A stretch of DNA of 32,085 nucleotides from an uncultured Novosphingobium sp. (lineage in GTDB: Bacteria; Pseudomonadota; Alphaproteobacteria; Sphingomonadales; Sphingomonadaceae): the NCBI GenBank assembly GCA_964245645.1, contig CAXTOI010000001.1, forward strand, positions 5,903 to 37,987, written 5' to 3'. The notes below the pieces were generated by a model, which was not told the origin of the DNA, searched no databases, and saw only the letters and a program-made list of their open reading frames with translations. A program made the translations under genes and the position numbers. Of this stretch, positions 8,098 to 16,954 are shown one piece after another. Each line of letters starts with the position of its first letter. Position 1 is the stretch's first letter.

Positions 8098-10068
8098 ATG
8101 CCGTCAATTTGGGATCCGATCCAGATCGGCGCAGCGACGTCGCGTAATCGACTATATCTGCCGGCCCACACGCCAACCCTGGCCCCCGAGGTCTATGGCC
8201 AGTACATCGGCGAACGAGCCCTGGGGGGTGTTGGCCTCATCGTCAGTACCACGCTGATGACTCATCCCTCTGCGGCGGGGCGGGCCAGTTCTCCATGGTC
8301 GCGCGATGCCATTCCCCGGCTGGAGCTGATGGTCGGTCCGGCGCTGTCGCATGGCGCGCTGGTGCTGATGCAGATCGGGCATACCGGCCCCAGCTGGCCG
8401 CCCTCGATCGAAGGCATGCCCGACTGGAGCCCGACATGGGCGGCCTCGGCGATACAGTCCCCCAAGCATCACCAAATTCCCAAGGCCATGGAAATCTCGG
8501 ATATCGAGGAATTGATCGAGGGGTTCTGCAACGTCGCGGCCAACGCCCAGGAGGCTGGCGCGACGGGTGTCGAGATCCATGCCGCGCATGGGTATCTGTT
8601 GAGCGGTTTCATCTCACCCTACTGGAATCGCCGGAGCGACAGATATGGCGGGAGCACCGAGAACCGATCGCGCATCGTCCGGGAGATCGTGACGGCCGTT
8701 CGCAAGCGAGTCGGCTCGTCCTTCGTGGTCGGCCTGCGCATGAATGTGGAGGAATATCTGGGTGATCGCGGGCTGCAGCCAGCCGAGGCGATGACGATTC
8801 TTAGCGGCGTGCACGCATTGGGGCAGATCGATTATTTCTGCGTTTCGCACAGCGATTATCATACCAACCAATATCTTCTGCCGCCGGACTCGAGCGGAAT
8901 CGTCGCGCCGCTCGCACCGATCGGCAAGCTGGCCAAGACGGCCGTTGCCGATGAAATTCCCGTTTTGGTCCACGGGTCGATCCGGAATCTTGCCAAGGCG
9001 CAGGACATCATGGACTCAGGCTGTGCGGATATGGTTGGTCTGGTTCGGGCGCAGATTGCGGATGCCCATCTGGTCAACAAGACCCGCTCGGGCCGGGTTG
9101 CCGAGGTCCAGCGCTGCGTGGGGGCCAATCAGGGATGCTGGCGCAGAATTGGCCGGGCGATCGCGTGTACGGTCAATCCGGTGACCGGCAACGAAGGGCG
9201 TTACGGCCTGGGGAAAATTCTGCCAGCCGCCGAAAAGCACAACATTCTCGTTATCGGCGGCGGGCCGGGTGGCATGAAATATGCTTCGACCGCAGCCGAG
9301 CGCGGCCATGATGTGACCTTGTGGGAACGCAGCGATCGACTGGGTGGCAATGTCCGCCATGCAGCGTTGCTGCCGGACTATGATATGTGGAATCGACTGA
9401 TCGAAGACCTGTCGGCAGCCATGCAACGAAACGGCGTGAAGGTCGAACGCCAGCGCGAAGCGACTGAAGCATCGGTTGTCGCATTCGGTGCCGATCTTAC
9501 GGTGGTGGCAACCGGCGCGACGTGGGACATGCGCGGCTTCTCCACTTACCGCCCGGAAATCGATTTCATCGCGGGCATCGATGCGGCGGGAGATCGCGTT
9601 CTGGATCCGGTCACTGCGCTGACGCATAGCGAGCGCTGCGGCGAGCATGTGGTCATCATCGACGATAATGGCGACTATCTTCCGCTCGGCCTGGCGCGCC
9701 ATCTCCGGGCGCTTGGCAAGAGGGTGACGGTGGTGACCTGGGACGATGGCGTCGGCCGCAAAATGCATGCGACGAACGAATTGCCGTTCATGCTGCCCAA
9801 CGTTTTCGGCGCTGGGGTCCGGATTGTCACCGGCGCCTATGTCGACCGCATCAATGACACCACAGTGGATCTTGTCGGGCGATGGACCGGTGTATCGACC
9901 AGCATCAAGGCCGATACCGTGGTTCTGTCGATGTTGAGAGCGGCGAATGAAACGCTCTATCTGGACTTGAAGGCAGCCGGCCTGAACCTTGCCAGGGTGG
10001 GAGATTGTGTTGCACCGCGCGAAGTGGACGACGCCATCGTCGAGGCGTTTCGCCTGGGAGCCAGTTGA
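8098..10068 (+). CDS. Two-domain NADH:flavin oxidoreductase (OYE TIM barrel + Fe-S linker + FAD/NAD domain; DCR/TMADH/BaiCD-like architecture)
   Basis: 'EIHAAHGYLL', 'NRRSDRYGGSTENRSR', Cys cluster 'CVGANQGC...CTVNP', 'VIGGGPGG' and C-terminal 'VGDCVAPR'. Confidence 0.93.
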   Translation: MPSIWDPIQIGAATSRNRLYLPAHTPTLAPEVYGQYIGERALGGVGLIVSTTLMTHPSAAGRASSPWSRDAIPRLELMVGPALSHGALVLMQIGHTGPSWPPSIEGMPDWSPTWAASAIQSPKHHQIPKAMEISDIEELIEGFCNVAANAQEAGATGVEIHAAHGYLLSGFISPYWNRRSDRYGGSTENRSRIVREIVTAVRKRVGSSFVVGLRMNVEEYLGDRGLQPAEAMTILSGVHALGQIDYFCVSHSDYHTNQYLLPPDSSGIVAPLAPIGKLAKTAVADEIPVLVHGSIRNLAKAQDIMDSGCADMVGLVRAQIADAHLVNKTRSGRVAEVQRCVGANQGCWRRIGRAIACTVNPVTGNEGRYGLGKILPAAEKHNILVIGGGPGGMKYASTAAERGHDVTLWERSDRLGGNVRHAALLPDYDMWNRLIEDLSAAMQRNGVKVERQREATEASVVAFGADLTVVATGATWDMRGFSTYRPEIDFIAGIDAAGDRVLDPVTALTHSERCGEHVVIIDDNGDYLPLGLARHLRALGKRVTVVTWDDGVGRKMHATNELPFMLPNVFGAGVRIVTGAYVDRINDTTVDLVGRWTGVSTSIKADTVVLSMLRAANETLYLDLKAAGLNLARVGDCVAPREVDDAIVEAFRLGAS

Positions 10069-10075
10069 CCGGGCT

Positions 10076-10963
10076 TTAGCGCAATTGATCGACAAACCTG
10101 TCGGTCCCCATCACGCTGGGGATGAAGGGCGCCAGCAGCTGAAGCTGGCCTTTCGCGCTGCGGTTGATCCTGTCTTCCTCGGCGAGGAAAGTCCGGTCCC
10201 AGCAAGCGCGCGGATCTTCATCGAGGAACCACAGCAGCGTGATGCGACGATCGTCGGCAGCAGCAGCCGCGAACACGGGGGCTGCGCTCGCGCCGACGTG
10301 GCTGGACTGGGCGCGGTCGCCCAGTTTCACCGGGTAGAACATACCGCACATCGCCGCCGCGCTGTGCCGTAACACGCCGGGAATGTGCTCTTGTGTCAGC
10401 CAGTGAGCGAGATCGCCCCGCCGCGCCGCGTCGTCAACCGCGATCACTTCCACAACGATGCCGGGATAATCATAGCTCAGCGCATGTTGTCCCCGCACAA
10501 CGCCATCATCGCGATAGAGCAGCGCGGCGGTGTCCTGAAGCGAGGTGAAGACATGCGACTTTTCCGGGAAGTTGCGACCGGATTCGACCAGCCTGTCGTT
10601 CGCGGCAAACATCCATGCGGTCGCGTCATCAGCTCGTTCCGGTATCATCCAATAGGTCGCCAGATAGCATCCTGCAGTGACTGGATCGGCGATCGGTGAC
10701 CTCGCGGGCTGCCGCATGAGTTGCAGATCGCGAGTCGCGACCCATCGCTTGCCCGCATAGACCCAGGGACAAACCATTCCGCCGCCCAGGAAATGATCAT
10801 CCTCATACCAGCGGTTATAAGCACGCTCGAAGCCAGGATGTGGCTCGGCGATGGTGATTAATGCGTGCCCCAGGCCAACCGCATCGGGGCCGCTGCGGGG
10901 GGCCGTAAGATAGGCATCTTCGCGCGCTTGTGGCGCTTGGGTTGCTGTCGAAGATCCCTGCAT
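10076..10963 (-). CDS. Hypothetical protein, probable tandem EthD/dimeric alpha-beta barrel repeats
   Basis: 295-aa ORF with an AGGA RBS upstream; two similar segments 'ERAYNRWYEDDHF' and 'GDLAHWLTQEHIPG'; fills the gap between neighbouring genes. Confidence 0.8.
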   Translation of the reverse strand: MQGSSTATQAPQAREDAYLTAPRSGPDAVGLGHALITIAEPHPGFERAYNRWYEDDHFLGGGMVCPWVYAGKRWVATRDLQLMRQPARSPIADPVTAGCYLATYWMIPERADDATAWMFAANDRLVESGRNFPEKSHVFTSLQDTAALLYRDDGVVRGQHALSYDYPGIVVEVIAVDDAARRGDLAHWLTQEHIPGVLRHSAAAMCGMFYPVKLGDRAQSSHVGASAAPVFAAAAADDRRITLLWFLDEDPRACWDRTFLAEEDRINRSAKGQLQLLAPFIPSVMGTDRFVDQLR

Positions 10964-10994
10964 GCCATTTCCTGGTGGTTCGAGTTTCTACGTT

Positions 10995-11101
10995 TAAATA
11001 ACCGGTCCAATTGCGCTGTGAAGATGATCTTCGGAAATGGCAAACGCCTCTGTTGCGGGCGTCGCTATGGCCAAATAATGAGTTAATGAAAAACTTATTT
11101 A
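10995..11101. promoter_or_regulatory. Two operator-like half-sites (TAAATAACC 10995-11003; ACTTATTTA 11093-11101) in a divergent promoter region
   Basis: Two copies of the recurrent TTATTTA core in opposite orientations; a weaker copy TAAATCAGC lies at 11229-11237. Confidence 0.4.
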
Positions 11102-11265
11102 AAAAATGCGATATCGGCCCGAATCCGCCGCCGAGAACCTTGCAATATGCGCGTCCCTCTATTAGCGCCGCAATTGGCCACGCGTTGCATCGTCCGCAGG
11201 TGTGGCGCTGATGCGCTTTTCTGGAACGTAAATCAGCAGTTGATAAATATATCATGGAGACGGGT

Positions 11266-12021
11266 ATGGGCCTACTAGATGGCAAGACGGCAGTTGTAAC
11301 GGGTGCCGCCAGGGGAATGGGTCGCGAAATCGCGACCGAGATGGATGCGCAAGGCGCCAACCTGATCCTGTTCGATCGCAACGCTGAAGGGGTTGCCGCG
11401 GCTGCCGCCAGCTTTCGCAGCGCGCGGGGTATTGCGGTCGACGTATCGGACTATGCCGCCGTTGCCGCTGCCTTGAGCGATGTGGCGGTCATCGACATAC
11501 TCGTGAACAACGTCGGCGGCCCGATCAATGCGGACGGCAATCCGATCCACGGCCAGTTTGTCGACAGCGATCCCGCCGTCTGGGAGTTCATGTACAAGTT
11601 CAATCTTCGCGCCCCGGCCAACCTCATCCATATCAGCGTCCCCAAGATGCCACGCGGCGCACGGATCATCAACATCGGCTCGGACGCCGGCCGTTTGGGT
11701 TCGCCGGGCGAGGCCTTCTACTCGGCCACTAAGGGCGGCGTGATCGCGCTGACCAAGAGCTTGTGCAGGGAGTTGGGCACCAGTCACGAAATCAGCGTGA
11801 ATTGCGTCTGCCCCGGGTGGACGAACACCCCGATGACGCAAAAATATGTCGAGCAGAAGAGTGCTGACGATTCGCTCAAAGGCGCGATATTGCGCACGCC
11901 GCTTAACCGCTATGGCACGGTGCAGGATATCGCCAGCGCGGTGATGTTCTTCGCCACGGGCACTTCTTTCGTATCCGGCCAGATCCTGAGTGTATCGGGT
12001 GGACTGCTGACTGCGGGCTGA
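11266..12021 (+). CDS. SDR oxidoreductase, BadH (2-hydroxycyclohexanecarboxyl-CoA dehydrogenase)-like
   Basis: TGAARGMG, 'NIGSDAGRLGSPGEAFYSATKGG', 'VNCVCPG' and 'GQILSVSGGL'. ATG 11266 follows GGAG (alternative start 11254). Confidence 0.9.
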   Translation: MGLLDGKTAVVTGAARGMGREIATEMDAQGANLILFDRNAEGVAAAAASFRSARGIAVDVSDYAAVAAALSDVAVIDILVNNVGGPINADGNPIHGQFVDSDPAVWEFMYKFNLRAPANLIHISVPKMPRGARIINIGSDAGRLGSPGEAFYSATKGGVIALTKSLCRELGTSHEISVNCVCPGWTNTPMTQKYVEQKSADDSLKGAILRTPLNRYGTVQDIASAVMFFATGTSFVSGQILSVSGGLLTAG

Positions 12022-12031
12022 TAGCGCGGCG

Positions 12032-12766
12032 ATGCTGCTCGATTTTTCTGGAAAGACCATATTGGTCGTCGGAGGATCGAGCGGGATCGGTAACGGCATA
12101 GCGCAGGCGTTTCGGGCATGTGGCGGGACTGTCCATGTGACCGGTACCCGGCCCGGCGCGGCCGCTTATGCAGGGGAACGCGGCTCGGACCTGGCGGGGC
12201 TGTCCTACCTCTCGCTCGATGTCTCCCAGGTGGGCGCGATCGAGCGGCAGGTCGGACAGTTCGACAAGCTGGACGTACTGGTGCTCAGCCAGGGTCACGT
12301 CGAGTACGACAACGCCGAGTTCGAGCGGCCGGGGTGGGATCGGGTCATGTCGGTCAATCTCGACAGCCTGATGCACTGCGCGCATAACTTCCATAGCCTG
12401 TTGCAAGCCTCGCGCGGGGTATTGCTAATCGTAAGTTCGATTGCCGCTACCAAGGTTACTCCGGGAAATCCTGCCTATGCAGCGTCCAAGGCCGGGGCCG
12501 TCGGCTTGACCAGGACATTGGGGCTGGCCTGGGCGGGCGAGGGCATTCGCGTCAACGGCATTGCGCCGGGGTTCGTCGAAACCAAGCTGACTGCGGGGCC
12601 CTTGAGCGATCCGGCGCACCGCAACGCCGTGCTCGGCGCAATACCGTGCAACCGCCTGGGGCAACCCGCCGATGTAGGGTACGCAGCCTTGTTCCTGGCG
12701 TCACCGCTGGCGTCGTATATTGTCGGCCACACGCTTGCTGTCGATGGCGGGATGAGCCTCAACTGA
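12032..12766 (+). CDS. SDR family oxidoreductase
   Basis: VGGSSGIG, YAASK, 'RVNGIAPG' and 'VDGG'; starts 10 bp after the previous SDR. Confidence 0.93.
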   Translation: MLLDFSGKTILVVGGSSGIGNGIAQAFRACGGTVHVTGTRPGAAAYAGERGSDLAGLSYLSLDVSQVGAIERQVGQFDKLDVLVLSQGHVEYDNAEFERPGWDRVMSVNLDSLMHCAHNFHSLLQASRGVLLIVSSIAATKVTPGNPAYAASKAGAVGLTRTLGLAWAGEGIRVNGIAPGFVETKLTAGPLSDPAHRNAVLGAIPCNRLGQPADVGYAALFLASPLASYIVGHTLAVDGGMSLN

Positions 12767-12981
12767 CGTAGGCAATAGGCAAGCGATCCACTTGGCCGGA
12801 TGCAAGCGCCACAGCCGACCAGATACGAGATGGCAGCGCGCCCCCGCGACACGCTATTGACTAAACACTAAGTATGGATCAGATGGATCAACCGGATATC
12901 CATCACATCGCGCAATCGGCCGAGGCACAGTTGCCGGAGCCTGGGCCTGAATATCGACAAAAAATTGACTGGAGGATTGAG

Positions 12982-13566
12982 ATGAACACCTCTTCTGTGA
13001 CTGCCAAGCCGGAAGCCAAGCTCGCTACCGACAAGGTTGTGCCATCCTACATGGCCCATATCGTCCTCAAGACGGAAAAATACCGGGAGATGGTCGCCTG
13101 GTACCAGACGGTGTTTCACGCCACAGCGACTTACAACACCGATATCATTACATTTCTGACGTTCGATGGCGAACACCATCGCTTTGCATTCATCGATATC
13201 TCGAAAAAGGGCGTCAAGCCGATGCCGAATACAATCGGTGTCGCCCACTTTGCCTATACCTACCATTCGGTCGAGGATCTCATGCATACCTATGAGCGAT
13301 TGAAGGCGATCGATATCGTACCATCGCGATCCACCAATCATGACCTGACGGCGTCGCTGTATTATCGTGATCCGGACGGGAACGAAATGGAGCTGCAGGC
13401 GGACATCTTTGCCACGGAAGAGGCTGGCAAAGCGGTATTCACTTCCGAAAAGTTTCTCCAGACTCCTTTTGGACGGCCATACGATCCCGAGACCTTCAGC
13501 CAGCGCTTCCACGAGGGTGTACCCTTCGAAAACGCCATGGCCGAGGCCGAAGCGGCAATCGCATAG
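12982..13566 (+). CDS. VOC-family protein, similar to small single-domain extradiol dioxygenases (Rhodococcus BphC2/BphC3 type)
   Basis: 'AHIVLKT', 'FLTFDGEHHR', 'HFAYTY' and 'SLYYRDPDGNEMELQ' provide His/His/Glu metal ligands. ATG 12982 follows a GGAGG RBS. Confidence 0.88.
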   Translation: MNTSSVTAKPEAKLATDKVVPSYMAHIVLKTEKYREMVAWYQTVFHATATYNTDIITFLTFDGEHHRFAFIDISKKGVKPMPNTIGVAHFAYTYHSVEDLMHTYERLKAIDIVPSRSTNHDLTASLYYRDPDGNEMELQADIFATEEAGKAVFTSEKFLQTPFGRPYDPETFSQRFHEGVPFENAMAEAEAAIA

Positions 13567-13698
13567 GCCAGTCGATGACGATGCAGTGCGCAGGGCGTTC
13601 GATCACCCTGAAATGAATGCTGATCAGCAGCGTACCCGTGAAAGCTTACGTCTGGATTTTGAGCTTGAGATCCGCTGTACCGTGTGAGGAAAGTAAGA

Positions 13699-15429
13699 AT
13701 GGCGATCGCTCAGGCTGAGACTTCTTCAGAGGCAGAAATCTTCACGCCTGAAAGCGTTGCGGAAGTTTTCCTGCACGTTCTTCGCCAGCGCGGCGTGGGC
13801 AATTTCTTCGTCAACGCGGGCACCGATTTCGCGCCGATCGTGGAAGGCTATGCCCGTCTCGCGGATGACGTCGATAGTTTTCCGCGCATCGTGATCGCGG
13901 GGCACGAGAACGTCTCGATGGGCATGGCTCACGGGGCGTATCTGATGTCCGGCAAACCGCAGGCGGTGATGTTCCATGTGAATGTCGGCACCGCCAATGC
14001 GGTCTGCGGCGCCATGAACGCGGCTACCGAGCAGGTGCCGCTGTTGATCTGTGCCGGACGCAGCCCGATCTATGAAGGCGGGACGCTGGGCGCGCGCAGC
14101 ACGCGCGTCGCCTGGGCGCAGGAGATGTTCGATCAGGCGTCGATCATGCGCGAATCGGTCAAGTGGGAATATGAACTGCGTGGCCCACTCCATGCGCAGG
14201 ACGTGGTCGATCGGGCATTGACGATCGCGATGACCGCGCCGCGCGGTCCGGTATATCTCACGCTCCCGCGCGAAGTGCTTGCCGAGGCGCCGGTCGCCGC
14301 CAAAGCGGAACGGCCACGGCTTTCGATACCGACCCGATCGCGCCCCGATCCCGAAGCGGTTGGACGCGTCGCCGATCAGCTGGTGGCAGCAGAACTGCCG
14401 GTGCTTTCATCATTGGCCAGCGGCGCCGACTCGGCTTCGGTCGATCTGCTGGCAACGCTCTGCGATCGTTACGCGATCGGCTATGTCGAGGAGCAGGCCC
14501 GCTATCTGAATTGTCCCTCCGATCATCCGCTGCATTTCGGTTATGCGGTGGCGCCGGTTCTGCGCGATGCCGATGCCTTGCTGTTTATCGAAAGCGACGT
14601 GCCGTGGATGTCTGAAAAGGGTGAGCCGCGGTCCGATGCCTTTGTGGCCCAGGCTGGTATCGATCCCAATTTCTCCCGCTACCCGATGCGCACGCATCGC
14701 AGCGATGAGATCATCACGTCGGGCGCAACGGAGTTGCTGGAGGCGCTTGGCGACGCGCTTGAGAACCGGAAAGGCCTTATCCCTGCGGATCGTCACGAAC
14801 GCTTGCGAACGCGTTCTGCGGCGGCGCGCACCCAGGCGGCACTTGCGCGCGATGCCGAGCTTGCCAGGGCCGGCACGATCACCCCGCTGTTCCTCAGTGC
14901 CACGCTGGCTCCGTTATTGGATGACGGATGTGTGCTGTTCAATGAATATTGGGGAGCACGCAATGTGTTCGACATCAACCGCGCCGGATCATATTTCTAC
15001 CTCCCGGCGACCGGCGGGCTGGGTTGGGCGATCCCGTCGGCGCTTGGCGCGCGCGTAGAAGCCCCGGAACGGACCATGATCGCCCTCGTGGGTGATGGCA
15101 CCTACATGTTCTCCAATCCCACGGCTTGCCATCATGCCGGCGAAAAGCACGGTCTGCCGATGCTGACCATCATCGCGAACAACGCGCGCTGGGATGCCGT
15201 CGATGCAACCGCGCGCCTGGTCTATCCCACGGGACATATGGCTAAACAGCAGTGGATGGCGACGTCCGATCTGCGACCGGCGCCTGCTTACGAGCGCCTC
15301 GTCGAAGCATCGGGCGGCTATGGTGTTACCGTAAGCGAAAGGGGTGAGCTGGCCGCCGTGCTCCGCCGTGCGCTCGATGTCGTGCAAAAAGAACGGCGGC
15401 AGGCGGTTGTCAACGTCATATCCCAGTGA
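13699..15429 (+). CDS. Thiamine-diphosphate-dependent enzyme (benzoylformate decarboxylase/acetolactate synthase superfamily)
   Basis: 'NAGTDF', conserved 'HE' Glu, 'GPVYLTLPRE', ThDP motif 'GDGTY...ANN'. ATG 13699 follows GAGGA. Confidence 0.93.
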   Translation: MAIAQAETSSEAEIFTPESVAEVFLHVLRQRGVGNFFVNAGTDFAPIVEGYARLADDVDSFPRIVIAGHENVSMGMAHGAYLMSGKPQAVMFHVNVGTANAVCGAMNAATEQVPLLICAGRSPIYEGGTLGARSTRVAWAQEMFDQASIMRESVKWEYELRGPLHAQDVVDRALTIAMTAPRGPVYLTLPREVLAEAPVAAKAERPRLSIPTRSRPDPEAVGRVADQLVAAELPVLSSLASGADSASVDLLATLCDRYAIGYVEEQARYLNCPSDHPLHFGYAVAPVLRDADALLFIESDVPWMSEKGEPRSDAFVAQAGIDPNFSRYPMRTHRSDEIITSGATELLEALGDALENRKGLIPADRHERLRTRSAAARTQAALARDAELARAGTITPLFLSATLAPLLDDGCVLFNEYWGARNVFDINRAGSYFYLPATGGLGWAIPSALGARVEAPERTMIALVGDGTYMFSNPTACHHAGEKHGLPMLTIIANNARWDAVDATARLVYPTGHMAKQQWMATSDLRPAPAYERLVEASGGYGVTVSERGELAAVLRRALDVVQKERRQAVVNVISQ

Positions 15430-15475
15430 TCGGGCGTTGATCGATCCGGCCGGCTTGATAATCCAGGAGAGTTCC

Positions 15476-16888
15476 TTGACCCAATTCAGGATGCTTATCG
15501 ACGGCGAGCTCGTCGACGGCGCTCGCGTTTCCGAAGTCATCAACCCTGCTACCGAGGGTGCCGTGGCTCTTGCCCCGCGCGCTTCCCGCGCGCAGCTCGA
15601 CGCCGCCGTTGCGGCGGCGCGTCGCGCTTCGGCAGGCTGGGCCGCGCGCACCATCGAGGAACGCCAGGCAGCGCTGCGTGCTACGGCCGACCTACTCGTG
15701 GAGCGATCCGAGGAACTGGCCCGGCTGCTGACTTTGGAGCAGGGCAAGCCGCTTCCCGGCGCGCTGCGCGAGGTGCTCGGTACCGCTGCATATTTCCGAC
15801 ATTACTCCACCATCACACCCAAGGTGGAAATACTCGAGGATAGCGCAGTGCGGCGGGTGGAACTGCAGCATCGCCCGCTGGGTGTGGTGGGTGCAATAGT
15901 ACCCTGGAACTTCCCGTTGCTGCTCATGGCGTTCAAGCTGCCTCCGGCCTTGCTGGTGGGCAATACAGTGGTCCTCAAGCCGGCGGCCACGACGCCGCTG
16001 GCGACGCTCCTGTTCGGCGAGATCGTCCGGCCCATTTTCCCTGCCGGCGTCATCAATGTCATTGCCGATGAAAATGATCTGGGTTCCGCAATGTCCGCGC
16101 ATCCGGGCATCGACAAGATCTCCTTCACGGGGTCGACCGGTACCGGCCGGCGCGTCATGGAGAATGCTGCGCCGACGCTGAAGCGGCTGACCCTGGAACT
16201 GGGTGGCAATGATGCGGCCATCGTGCTGGACGATGTCGATCCCAAGGAAGTGGCGCCCAGACTGTTCGAGGCGGCTTTTGCCAACAGCGGGCAGGTCTGC
16301 GTTGCGATCAAGCGGCTGTATGTTCACGACTCGATCTACGACGAGATCTGTGCCGAACTGGCTGTTCTGGCCAACGCGGCGGTCGTCGGCGATGGACTGG
16401 AGCAGGGAACGCAGTTCGGACCGCTGCAGAACAAGGCCCAATTCGATCTCGTGCGCGAATTGATCGAGGATGCACGGTCGCACGGAACGATCATCGCGGG
16501 CGGCAATGTCGTGGACCGTCCGGGCTACTTCATCCAGCCGACCGTCGTCCGCGACATCGTGGATGGCACGCGTCTCGTCGATGAGGAGCAGTTTGGGCCG
16601 GTTCTGCCCGTCATCCGCTATTCCGATACGCTGGCGGCGGTCGCCCAGGCGAATAATTCTTCCTTTGGCCTCGGCGCCTCGATCTGGTCGAGCAACCCGG
16701 ATCGAGCCTATGCGATCGCCAATGAAGTCGATGCGGGGACGGTCTGGGTCAACAAGCATATGGACCTGGCTCCCTCTATCCCGTTTGGCGGGGTCAAGCA
16801 GTCCGGCATGGGCGTGGAGCTGGGCGACGATGGGCTCAAGGAATTTACCCAGGTACGGGTGATCAATCTCGCGGCAAGCGCAGTCTGA
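15476..16888 (+). CDS. Aldehyde dehydrogenase family protein (paralogue of 6629-8059)
   Basis: PWNFP, FTGST, LELGGNDAAIV, GQVC, EEQFGP. TTG 15476 follows AGGAG; the ORF-track start at 15344 overlaps the upstream gene. Confidence 0.95.
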   Translation: MTQFRMLIDGELVDGARVSEVINPATEGAVALAPRASRAQLDAAVAAARRASAGWAARTIEERQAALRATADLLVERSEELARLLTLEQGKPLPGALREVLGTAAYFRHYSTITPKVEILEDSAVRRVELQHRPLGVVGAIVPWNFPLLLMAFKLPPALLVGNTVVLKPAATTPLATLLFGEIVRPIFPAGVINVIADENDLGSAMSAHPGIDKISFTGSTGTGRRVMENAAPTLKRLTLELGGNDAAIVLDDVDPKEVAPRLFEAAFANSGQVCVAIKRLYVHDSIYDEICAELAVLANAAVVGDGLEQGTQFGPLQNKAQFDLVRELIEDARSHGTIIAGGNVVDRPGYFIQPTVVRDIVDGTRLVDEEQFGPVLPVIRYSDTLAAVAQANNSSFGLGASIWSSNPDRAYAIANEVDAGTVWVNKHMDLAPSIPFGGVKQSGMGVELGDDGLKEFTQVRVINLAASAV

Positions 16889-16954
16889 TCCCGCCGCAAA
16901 GAGGCGGTGGGCAACAGCCTGAGCCTCGTTCACCCGATCGGAGAGGAAACGCCG

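Noticed and set aside
1039-10068. Mycofactocin- or RiPP-cofactor-linked system (many SDRs, FadH-like OYE, quinoprotein)
   Set aside because: No precursor peptide, radical SAM enzyme or PqqD-like chaperone is in the window.
15344-15475. N-terminal extensions given by the ORF track (also 777-872, 3571-3618, 12874-12981, 22091-22180, 28589-28630)
   Set aside because: The extensions are non-homologous or overlap other genes; downstream starts fit the family N-termini and in most cases have a clear RBS.
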